This document shows, one piece after another, positions 24,365 through 36,200 of a stretch of DNA of 64,000 nt; position 1 is the stretch's first letter, and each line of letters starts with the position of its first letter. The translations under genes and the position numbers were made by a program. Source of the stretch: Macrostomum lignano (lineage: Eukaryota); NCBI GenBank assembly GCA_002269645.1, contig NIVC01001393.1:62001-126000 (forward strand). Reading direction: 5' to 3'. Under the pieces are notes generated by a model. The model did not search any database, had not been told where the DNA came from, and saw nothing but the letters and a program-made list of their open reading frames with translations.

Positions 24365-24905
24365 GGACTAGCAGACTGAGATTTCTCAACTATGGGATTT
24401 TTTCTACGAGACTAAAGGACTCAAATATCCCAACTATGGGATTCTTTCTGCGGGACTAGCGGACTCAAATATCCCAACTATGGGATTCTTTCTGCGGGAC
24501 TAGCGGACTCAAATATCCCAACTATGGGATTCTTTCTGCGGGACTAGCGGACTCAAATATCCCAACTATGGGATTCTTTCTGCGGGACTAGCGGACTCAA
24601 ATATCCCAACTATGGGATTCTTTCTGCGGGACTAGCGGACTCAAATATCCCAACTATTGGATTCTTTCTGCGGGACTAGCGGACTCAAATATCCCAACTA
24701 TGGGATTCTTTCTGCGGGACTAGCGGACTCAAATATCCCAACTATTGGATTCTTTCTGCGGGACTAGCGGACTCAAATATCCCAACTATGGGATTCTTTC
24801 TGCGGGACTAGCGGACTCAAATATCCCAACTATGGGATTCTTTCTGCAGGAATAGCGGACTGAAATATCTCAACTAGGGGATTCTTTCTGCAGGACTAGC
24901 GGACT
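24365..24905. repeat. 44-bp minisatellite (TCAAATATCCCAACTATGGGATTCTTTCTGCGGGACTAGCGGAC)
   Basis: About 12 near-identical copies with no spacers. Confidence 0.96.
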
Positions 24906-27301
24906 CACATTCAACAAATTCTCTAGTGAATTATCAAACTCAATTCTTTCAACTCATTTTTAAACGGGGACAAGTTCAATTTTGAACTAGTAAAAATTCA
25001 AATAGAATTACGTCGTACTAATTTAATTGAACGACACTACGAAAGATTCCCACTGAGTATTCGGTACAAAAAACTGCTAACTTAATAGTTCATTTAAAAC
25101 AGAGGATAGATTGCATATTATACGCGATATAAACCATATGGTGCAAAATCTCATTTTATTTATAAAATCGTTACGAAGGCGCACGCAGTGGCAGTCTGCC
25201 AGCCAGTAAGCTGAGCACTATGCTCTATGCCTATGCGTACAGAATCTGAAATCAGCAGCCGCCAGCACGCGGCAATTAATTTCATCGGATCCTGCTAGCC
25301 CTCGGCACAGATCCAGCCCCAGAGGCTTGCCCCCCCCCAACCAGCTGATGGATCGATCAGCTCTGTCTGCCTGCTGCTACCGGAGCGCTTCTAAAGGCCG
25401 TTCTCTGCAGGCTATCCAAAACTGACTGATTAAAACAGTTCAGTTCTCCACAACACGGCGCGGAACATAATGACTAACAGCTACTGGTGTACTTTTAAAA
25501 AGTACCGCAGCAACCAACTCTTTAGTGCGTCTGTTTCCTCACTCTACCTCTGTTGCCATTGGCATGCGTGAATGAGCTTTTGACTTTTGGCATGCACTAT
25601 TTGGCTAGCTAAGCCATGCAGTCGACGACTGAACACCCGAAACAATAATTAAAAAGCAATGGTTGCGAGAGTGAGCATTGGTAATTCAGGCAAGGCGAGT
25701 TGGCAGCGTGCAATGCACACGGCGACTGGCCCTCCTTCCCCTGGCTATTCAATTGCGAGGTTCCGAAACCACCTGCTTATCGGGTAACGTCTAACAGATT
25801 TAGTAAGGAGAGTTTGCGGACAGTACAAGTCAACTACGCTCTCAGTGTATAGCTTAATTCTGGTCGCACACGTAGCAACAATAATTTCGGAGTGTGGAAG
25901 CTCCGGCTAGATTGAGCTGAGCTCTGCTGACTCTCTCCGGACACTATTCTATCTCGGGACTCAAGACAAAATGCGAGGTTCCTTCTTGACAACCGATACA
26001 GAACAAATTGGATATCTTGGGACCCACGATGAGCGCAAAGGAAGCAAAGCTGCTATCTTGCAAAACGCTTCGGAACCTTCTAGTCTCGAAATCACAAATA
26101 AGATTCAAAAGAAAGACTTGACACCGATTTGCTATATCAGAATCCACAACTGTAAACTACTACTCGAACGAGACACGGGCGTACCTACGTGTCAGGCAAA
26201 AATTAAAAGAGGCAAGCGGCTAAATGTCAGCAGCAAAATTTGTTTAAAGAAAATAGACTGTCACCCATACGGCTAGGAGAGTTAAACAATTTTCTTGCAT
26301 AAACAAAAAACCAATACCACTGCAGCTTAAGCCTACTTTACACAACAGAAACCAATCACGTGTAGTTTTGAGGAATCCCACGAGGACGGGAGGACAGAGA
26401 AAGTTCGCTGGAACTAAAATGTCACTAGAGGAAGCGCGCTGATGCCAGATGGAGAGAAAACGCACGGAAACAAATAGAAAATTGCTGCCAAACCAAAACT
26501 GCGCTATTGCGTTGCGAATGCTCAGCAGTATTCATGCACTGGCAAATTCTACGGAGTCAAACTACAAGCTCGTAATAGCATTGCGAATTGGTAGAAACCC
26601 GAAACCAGCTAGCATAATAGTGCGCATAACGGCAGGACTACGCGACTCGCAGTAACGAACAAGCGGTTGCCTGGGTTGCAAATAGGAGAGTAAATGCAGC
26701 TCGATCAACGAATTTCCTAACAATTACTATCCACGTACTAATATTCACAAGACCCATGCATTGAAATTTCAGACAACAGTGTTGAAGTATGCTTAAATCA
26801 ATTAAGAACATATTGAATTAAAAGTACATCGCTAGGCAGAAGTACCATTTTTGTCGAATCCGTTAGATCACGCGACCGCTATGGAAGCTCCTATGCTTGC
26901 TACCATGTAGAATAGTAGCTCCAACGCAGATATAAACTAGACTAACATGCAGCTAAATGCGGAATAGCAATAGAAATACATTTATTTATCACAAGCGCCG
27001 CTACTTGTGCCACTATTTATAGCGACTAGCCCGGCTGCCTTGTATAGCGCATACACACAATTTGTGCTAAAACACTAGTCAGCTAGCACTGCTGTCTCTT
27101 CAGAAGTCGCCCCTCTCCTTTTTCATCTCCTGCGCAGTGAGAAAGACGCCGCACTTAATCATCAACGGTTCGAATTCGGCTTTGACTTCCGGCAAAATCG
27201 GCCTTCGGACTTTCGGATAAATTTTCTAAGCAAATAATAATCGCAATTATTACTCAGAGCGCCCGCTTTAAATGCGTAAATTTTAAATTCTATTAAGTCG
27301 T

Positions 27302-29668
27302 TTAACCCCCCCCCCCACACTGATGGTACGCCAGGCGTGCCATGGGTCTCATTTAACCATACACTGAGAATACGTGTCTATGGCCTAGATGGTTTAGCAT
27401 AAATGACTTTCTCGACATCCCCATAAGTCACGGATGGCACGCTGTGCGTACCATGTTATTTTTTCGCAATTTTTTAACTATATTTGACTGCAAGTACAGG
27501 ATAGATAACAAAAACTTTAAAAGCGGACAACAAAAGAACAAAAAACAATTAGGTAAACAATATTTAAAAACTCGATGAGGCATTTAGGAGGAGCGTTTTG
27601 AATTTCGTATTCTGAACGTAATTAAGTTTTGCACCGTACCACCAGTGCAACTACTGTGCTGCTGCAGTGTGCCAATTCTGAAAGCATGGGACAGCACACA
27701 GCCCGGGCTCTCCTGGGCAACCAGCGCATACGAACACCGTTCTTTTGGCCACACCATTGCTGTAGCAGACTCTGCATCGCTTTGTCGGCCTCGCATTGGC
27801 ATCTGTCGGCGGCAGCTTCGATGGCGCATGCTGTGAGACGGCCCTGCGCTTCGATGTATTCAGACGTTTGCCCTGGCCTGTCTGCTCCATGAGAGTGCGG
27901 ATCGCAGCTTCCAAAAATTCAACGAATTTGATTTTCCTTCCTCCTTGGCAGTTGCAGATCCAGGCATTGTGGACCAACTGCAGCAAAATGTGGAACCCGA
28001 GCTTCTGGTGCCATCTGTATGTTCTTCTCCCCGCACTGTAAGGCGCTGCAGTGCTGCATCAAGGGGATCAACGCCTCCCATGTACTTATTGTACTGCAGC
28101 ACCGAATTCGGTTTTAAAACTGACTCCTCCGCTCCGCCTCGGATCACTCGCCTCACTTCCGTGCTTTCAGCAACACCGTGCGTGTCCAACAAGTACACAG
28201 TTTTGCGACCGCTTGCCTTCCTGTCTACCAGCTTGACTGCGAGAACATCGCCGCGGCGCATCTGGGAGTGACTGACGGGTTGCAGGGGCAGCACTTTCAG
28301 CTCATTCGGCACACCTCGATTGGGGCTCACCGTCCCAGTCAGTAAACTACTGCGTTCCAGCAGAAACTGCGCCAGACGGAGCGATGTGAACCAGCTGTCA
28401 CAGAAGACCTTGTGCCCCAGGTCCAGCAAATTTTTACTCAATTCAACGACGATCTTCTCGCTCATCGACAAATTCCCGCAGTTTAATCCATCTCCAAACT
28501 TGTCGTTATCCTGCTTAGCAGCATGTACACGAAAGTTCCACAGAAAACCTGTCGAAGCTTCCGTCAAGCAGTAGACCTTGATGCCGAATCTGGCACGCTT
28601 GTTGGGCATGAACTGCCGAAAAATGAGCCTGCCCTTGTACATGACCAGTTCTTCATCGACAGACACCTCTTGACTTGGGCTAACATTGGGCGGGCAATGT
28701 TAAGAAAAGGTTGAATCTTTTTCAAAGAGTCCTGGTGGTTGACGGTGGTGCAGTCGTAAAATCGAAGGAATGATAAATCTGCACAAACCGATCCCTTCCA
28801 AGGCAATGTTCTTTCTGGAAGTATACGCCGCCGTAGAAGTCTCCCATGGACCAGTACATGTGCATTTCGGGCTTCTTCACAAGACCCATGTACAGAACGA
28901 TTACTAGAGACTTCTTCACCTCATTGTCGGTACACGGTCTCCAAGTTGATAGCAAATTGGGAAAAGCTCCATCCTGATCTTCAGCTATCAAATGTTGAAG
29001 CTCCATGTCAGCTCGGGCGTTGGTCCAGATGCAAATGGCAGACACCAGATCAGCGGTGAGAAAGTGCTGCAGATAGAATTGCACCTGGGCCATTTTACCT
29101 TCAGGAGCTTGTGCTTGGATGTCTGGGTTCAGGCCAGGCACAGCAAGGAATTCGGGCAGATCGCTGAGACGCAAATCCTCACCATCTTGAGCAGCTGTCC
29201 ATTCATTCTCGTTAGCGAACTCGACTCCATGCTCAGCTACTTCCGCATTACTCTCACCATCTTCCTCGTCCAGCAACTCTCCATCGACATTCGCTGTCGC
29301 TGCCATCGCTGGTGAAAACAGGGGAACCTTCCATAATTGCAATTGCAGCCTCGTCAATGTTGTTAGCCATTTTGAGTCTTGTGTAAGTTGAATTAATTAT
29401 ACAGTAAAGTTCGAAAAGTTTGTGGAATCAGGAAAAATTTACTGCATGATTCTGGACTGTTTTACCATAGACAGTTTTAAAATAGACTGTAGTATCAGTC
29501 AAGCACAAATTTTAGGACAGTTGGAACTCAATAGTTAAGTAAGCCAGTCAGTAGTCTATGGGAATTTCTTGAGCCGTAAATTGACACAGTGCTCTGTGGT
29601 AGTGGGAAAGAGATTGAAGCCCCGTGGCATGCCATCCGTCAATAAGCTCAGTGCGCTACTGGTTTTAA
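27302..29668 (-). mobile_element. piggyBac-like DNA transposon (PGBD4-type), boundaries approximate
   Basis: Transposase homology inside; TTAA followed by CCC at 27302; candidate TTAA at 29665-29668; subterminal inverted motifs CCCRTGGCAYGCC / CGGATGGCAYGC near both ends; terminal TIRs match poorly. Confidence 0.75.
27651..29370 (-). pseudogene. piggyBac transposase with at least 4 frameshifts
   Basis: MANNIDE...SDGSDSE start at 29370; motifs SVDE, DSWFTS, NKYMGGVD (DDD triad) and C-terminal Cys-rich RCRVC...CAGC...LCAVPCFQNWH, spread over ORFs 28722..29357, 28564..28806, 27860..28666 and 27651..27986. Confidence 0.88.
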
Positions 29669-32600
29669 GTAAACCCCCCCTGCAGCCCCACAGAGCATCA
29701 GTGGCCCATTAAACAATAATCCACTGGAAAAAACATACGGCTAGATTGTGGCCATATTCAGGCTTCACTTATTTATGCAACAAACTAGAGCATCAGACGG
29801 CAGCTATGTTTGTGTACTTTTGCTTAAACTAGATCAGGCATCTTAACACGTCGGCCTCTCTATCTTCGTCTGTCCTTCATTGCGCTTTAATTATCTCTGC
29901 CCAGCTGTACTTTTCCTTTGTACAGGGAAAGGAAAAGAAAAACGGATGGATAAAGGAAAGAATAAGAATGTGTTCAATCTAAACTGGTGCATCCATCAAA
30001 TAATTACAGGCCGCAAGTAAGTGTTACTTCCACCTTCTATGCTTTCGCGACATTGCTAAGGACAACGGTAGGCCGATGAGGTAGGTTTACGAGAAAAAAA
30101 CACGAAAGCGCCTTAGAGCAGTGAGTGAAAGGGTGAAAGTTGACGCAAAGGCCAAGTCAAAATGCCTTCGTCTATAAACAGTACACTGTAGCAATCGACA
30201 GAGGAAACTAAAAGAAAGTAGCACGCCATTTCAAATCCAGAGCCTTTATACGCCTCACAAAGCATTTCTGCCCCACTCTCTAAACCACAATGCGCCCGGC
30301 TGTAATAACACGATAATCAATATTACATATGGAAATTGAGCAGGACAACCTTCTGACTATCATATTTTTTAAATTCCTCACTCCTCCCATGCTTAACTTT
30401 GCGAATTAAACAGCGCGTCCGCCCATTAGAGGCTTGAAGACGAGTTTCCTCTCATGAATAGGGAAATCCTCTGAGAAAAATCCCCCCCCCAAATTTAATG
30501 CAGTTGCGGCCCGCTCCGGGGCACAAGTCGATGACAAATGCATTCAGTGGGCGACAATTTCCAGATGGACACACACATACTGTATTCACACAAGCACACC
30601 AATTGTACGTGCGTTAGGGTGGGAAAGCGTGTTGGCATAGAAAATATACACACCACGTGAGTGAGAGGGAGAGAGAGAGAGAGGAAGAAACTCTGGGGCG
30701 GTCCAATACAAAAGACCAGGCTTAGCGGCACTGGAGGGCAAAGCTAGATCCAGAAACACACTTGACAAGTGAAAATTTCTAACAAAAAAGTGCGAAGATA
30801 GACCCCGTAGCGGCCTCTCGAGCGCTCAGTTAAAGCTTATCGTGGGCAAACAGGAACTGCCAATGCATTGCGTGTGTATAGGTGGACATGCGGAATAAAA
30901 AATGGATGAAATTCAATCAATGCCAAGCCAATATATATAATATATGATACACTTGAGTGCGTGCACGGACCACTTATTCGACTTTTCAGGCCGCGGCCGC
31001 AGCAGCAGCAGCACCAGAGAGCAGGGAATCCCTCATAAAAGGGCCAGTTCAGTGGCCAAATAGCGCAAGTTTGCACGAGGCTGAACCCCGAAGCATTTTC
31101 AATGCACTATTAAGCTTGGATTCAGAAGTCAAATGAATCGCTACCTTAAACAAGAGAAAACTGGTCTCTCTACATTCTGTATGTTATTTATACATAAAAC
31201 ATTATTTTGACTTAAAACTAGTCCTTAACTTAACATTGTATTCTAAAAAAGCTATGGCTAGATTAATGCGATTTTTAAACCTATTTTTAAAAATCTACCT
31301 GCACACAAATGAAGCCACCATGCAAGCTATAGACCCCCGAGACCTTAAATAAAATTCACATCATATTGAAATTAGGGAGGCCAAGATCTGCAGACGAGAG
31401 TAGATTGAGGAACCAGGAAGTTACTACGCTCAAACATAGAAAGATGACAGGCTAAAAGTCGCAAGAACATGCACAGCCAGGATGATGAGGCAAGAAATGC
31501 ATCAATGAAGGGTCCTGTAAGCTGCCTAGGCTGCAGTAGGCTTAAGTTACCACCGTCCAATCCCAAATGCTCCTCCAAAACAGGTACAGTCAGGCACAGC
31601 CATATACGCACGCGCAGTGATGGAAAAGGAAGAGCCCGTCAAGTGCAATTGTACTTTTAAAGTTGGCTCTACTGCACTGCATCAATTCTACAGCTGGGAG
31701 GGTGACACTCGCGCATTGCAAATAAATTTCCATATCACCTAAATCATTAACTAATAGATGACAGAAATAAACAGTGAAAATGAAAGAAACACATTGCACA
31801 CGCAAGGTCTCTCTAGAATAAGAGCTAAGAGAATTGAGTGGGGATTTATTATTAAGCTCAACTGTAAATGTCCGGGTTAAGCTATAGAGTATAGACTCAA
31901 GGGAGAGACGGAATCATAAGGGATTGGAGTGGGAACCGGGACGGGATGAAGGGACTGAGGAGGGAGGGAGGAGGAGGCCCTCACAGACAGGCGGCAGAAG
32001 CAAGAGAGAGGGTGAGAGAGAGAATTAGAGTCTAACAGAAGTGTCTGGGAGAAGAATGCACTCTTAGTAGCCGAGATTATGATTCAGTCTAGGGCCAGAG
32101 GGGGAGAGAGAAGGGGGAGACCTGGGGATCCCAATGCAGGGGTGGCTGGCCTGTCTAGCCAGCGATGGGGATGGGGAAGCAACTGGAGACGAAAAGAGAG
32201 GAGGGAGAGCGACAGGGGACGAGAGGAGACTGGGGAAAAAGGGCAAACTGGCTGGCTGCCTGTTTGGGTCCGAACCGAGGACTGACACGCGCAGGCTGAG
32301 ACAGAGTAGTAAGCGACGACACAGACAGACAGGGCAGACAAACTACATAATATTAGTCGGACCCAATGCATGCGAGTATGCACAAAATACAGACAGACAG
32401 ACGCGCGCACGAAAAAACTAAAAGGGTGCAAAAAACAAGGCCAAAAAATCACAAGAACTATAGAAAGTGCTAAAGATGAAAGACGGTAGCCTGCTATGTC
32501 GAATCAGTTGGTTAGAGGATTAAATTATTGCTAATAAAAACAAATAAAATGCCCATCTTTAAGGGCGAGAGTTCACTAGCCTGTCTGCATGCTGTTTTAT

Positions 32601-32954
32601 CGCTATCTCTATCTAACTAGTCAGCATATTTATTGTTTAACTAACTGTTATATTGTTCTCAATTTCACTCGGGGAGGGTTCGCTAGCAGTAAACTGCGGC
32701 ATAAATGAACGAATTCGCGAGTAGCAGTAAGCGGCATGCAATAGGCAGATAGTACACCTGAGCAGCAGTATGAGTTAGCAGCGGTTTCTGCTCAAAGCAA
32801 TCCACGTTTGAATGTAAAAAACCTCTTCTTAGCTCTAAAGAATTCAACTGTGACTTTGGAAACTCTGGATAGAGTCCAAAAGGTTGGTGGAAGTATGAAT
32901 ACGAGATCAGAAATAAGAGCACGCTTAAAAGAGACAGGTGGGGTAGAATGTAGC

Positions 32955-32967
32955 TAAATAGATGAAC

Positions 32968-33024
<57 letters not shown>

Positions 33025-33033
33025 GATAGATAT

Positions 33034-33092
<59 letters not shown>

Positions 33093-33123
33093 GATAGACA
33101 GACAGATAGACAGATAGATAGAC

Positions 33124-33200
<77 letters not shown>

Positions 33201-33252
33201 CACAGACAGACAGACAGACAGACAGACAGATAGATAGATAGATAGACAGATA
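32955..33252. repeat. (GATA)n/(GACA)n compound microsatellite
   Basis: Direct periodicity; explains the YLSI ORFs. Confidence 0.97.
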
Positions 33253-36200
33253 GAATCAACGCCCACAAGCGGCGAGATTATCAGTCAGGCCTAGAGCATA
33301 GACTAACCCCAAATCCATTCAGGAAAAGCGCGCAGGCACATCAAAGAAACCAGCATAAACAAATGAGGAAGCCAAATAAACCGCAGACATTTATTACCCT
33401 AAGAGACTAAGAACATAACAAAATCGGCTATTCGGGCGAACCGTTCGACTGCAGGGCTAGGCCTGGTCACGCAGTCCTAAGTCATGGGAGGGAGGACAAG
33501 CAAGCGGGGGGCTATATGTTCTAGCCCCACCTCCCGCACACTACACTAGAGTATGCAACTCAAAAAGTAACTCGACTTGCTATTTAGGAAAGCCACCAGA
33601 GAGCTGAAAGAAACGATATCGCTTTTTTTCCTCGATTAGAAGACATTGAAGCTTATATAAACGTCAGTCGTCAAACGAGGCGAACTTATGTGCAGCATGT
33701 GCTCAAACAAGCTCAAGGCCTAAGTGTACATGCACTTCTATTTTATAATGAACTAACAATGATGGACACTGAAATGTTAGCATACTATAGGCTGGAACAA
33801 TAGCGACACATATTAGAAAATAGAGACAGAATACCCAGACCTAACCAAAGCTACATGCGTGTATTACAGTGCTTGCACAGCACACATACTCTGTAAAAAG
33901 ACAGTCCTCAATTCCTGTCGAGTGGCGACCAATTAGCCAAGTCTGTCTGTTGCTGCTACAACCCTATCTGGAGCACATCTCTTGCTTCAATAGTTATCAT
34001 TCTTATTGTTTAGCCAAGAAGAACCACTTGGCCAAGTCTTTACTCTGTATAGCTAGCTCTCATTGAGGCGCCTATCTGTGGGGCAGAACAGCCAATATCA
34101 ATAGTGCAATGGCAATGTAGCTATAGCTTAGAAAGGCTTTTTCTAATAGTACAAATTTGTAATAGTTAAGGGTGTTTATAAAGTAATAGCTGGGTTTGCA
34201 TTATGCATTGCAAATACACTCAGCAACATGCTAAAGTTTCCACCCAGAAACTAATAGTCAACTTTTCTCAGAACTCCAAGCGATGCAATTCACACACATC
34301 TATGGTTCTCATCTATGGATATGTATTTTGAATCACAAGGCCTTAGATCTAGGCTAAGAGAGTGGAAACTGATGACTAAATTTGGATTAAAGCTATCACT
34401 TGTTGACCACTAGCACTTTGTTGCATACATTGCTTAATAGTCCTTATCCAAGTTATACCAATAAACACACTTATTCAACCCTTGGGCTAGCTATAGACTA
34501 TAGAAATATATTTATTCTTCCTTTGGGCCAGGCCATAGACTATAGAAATGTATTTATTCTTTACCTAGGCTTGGCCATAGACTAAAAAAACATTTATTCC
34601 TATTTAGGTCAAGATTATAGAAATATATTTATTTTGATTTTTGTCTGCAGTCTATAGCCAGGCCAAAATAAAAAATAAATACTTTTTTTCTACTTACTTT
34701 AGTCAAAAAAACAAAAACTTGCTGGTTAAAACTTAATATTTTTAGAGGAATTTTAATAAATCTTTTGTTATACTAGAGCATAGTAACCTATAACAAGTTT
34801 TTGTGGTTTAATTATTAGTAGTTCTAATATAGATCCTATTTTGAAACAAAGTATTAATATATTAAAAAGTCATATAGGCTCATATTATAAAATATCTCAA
34901 AGAGCAAGATAAAACTCTTTCTTTAATATGCAAAGTTAAACTTATTCTAAACAATGAGACAATAGGCTAATAGTTAAACTTCTTAAATTTTCCAATAGCT
35001 AAATATATCATCTAGTCTATTTGCAAATATATATTGCTAAGACTTCTATAAATTATTTCTTGTTCTATTTTTTAAATTACTGTTAAAGTTAAGCCAAATA
35101 CATTATTTTATTAAGCAGTTATATAAATACTAAAATAATATACTGGTATTTAAAAAACAAAAAAATATACAAAATATTTAAAAAATTATAAGACAAATTG
35201 GCTTAGATCTATGGTATACCTATATACATGTTAGGATCAAATAAAATGACTTTACATACATGTAAAATTTGCTACATGCAACACTGTCAATATAAAACAA
35301 GGAATAAAAAAACAATTTTAAATTTTGTACCCTAAAAACTTATTTTTTCTTAAATTTTAACAACTTAAAGTATTTAAATTAAGGTACTTCTTTTCTAATT
35401 GTCTTTTCTCATTGCACATTGCAAAAGTGCATAGTTTTAAGTTTGTTACTTTGTATGAATAATAAATTCAAGAATAAAAAAGTGTATAACTTTGGTATAC
35501 AAAGTTGAAAACATTTTTAATATTGGTATACAAATATAGTCTTGTACTTTTTTCCTTATTGGACCCAGCATACACAAATACACAATCTAAACTATAGGCT
35601 AAGATTAGGACAAGATCTTATAATATAAAGTATATAATATAGTCTATAGAGTTTTATTATATTATTTAGCCTAAGTTAGGCTATTCTTATTTTCAATATA
35701 CATAAATAGAATCTACAAACATAATAATAAAAATCTTTAAAATTGGTTATCTTGGATAAAAAAATGGATGAAAAGATGAAAAATTAGGATGATACAAATA
35801 TTTTTATTCAAAAATATTTTTACTTATTTTACAACAGCTAATTAATACTTAACTAACATTTCCTAGTCATTTTGTTGTCATTCTGTTATTTGCTATCTTA
35901 GTATTTTGTCATTTGGATGTCTATTACTTCATTCAAACTGAATTGCCAGACTTTGGAAGGTTATATAGAAAACTAGAAAAATTCAGGCATACAAATGATC
36001 CCTTTCAAAGTTGTTATACAAATTTAGGCACATAGGCATAAAAATTTATGCATTTTTGGTGTACCAATTTCAGCATACAAATTCATGCCAATTTTTTGCA
36101 TATAAATTTTGGTGAATAAATTCATGCCATGCATCAAAATAGTAATGTAAATTAATGTTGTCATATAAAATAAAAGAAAATTTGTATTGTCTTTTGTCTA

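Noticed and set aside
24365-24905. CRISPR-like array (44-bp palindromic unit); also the 36-, 38- and 50-bp arrays
   Set aside because: Units are contiguous with no unique spacers, there are no cas genes, and the context is eukaryotic
32683-33268. YLSI/CLSV-repeat ORFs (also 42221..42777 and 52714..53201)
   Set aside because: Microsatellite translations
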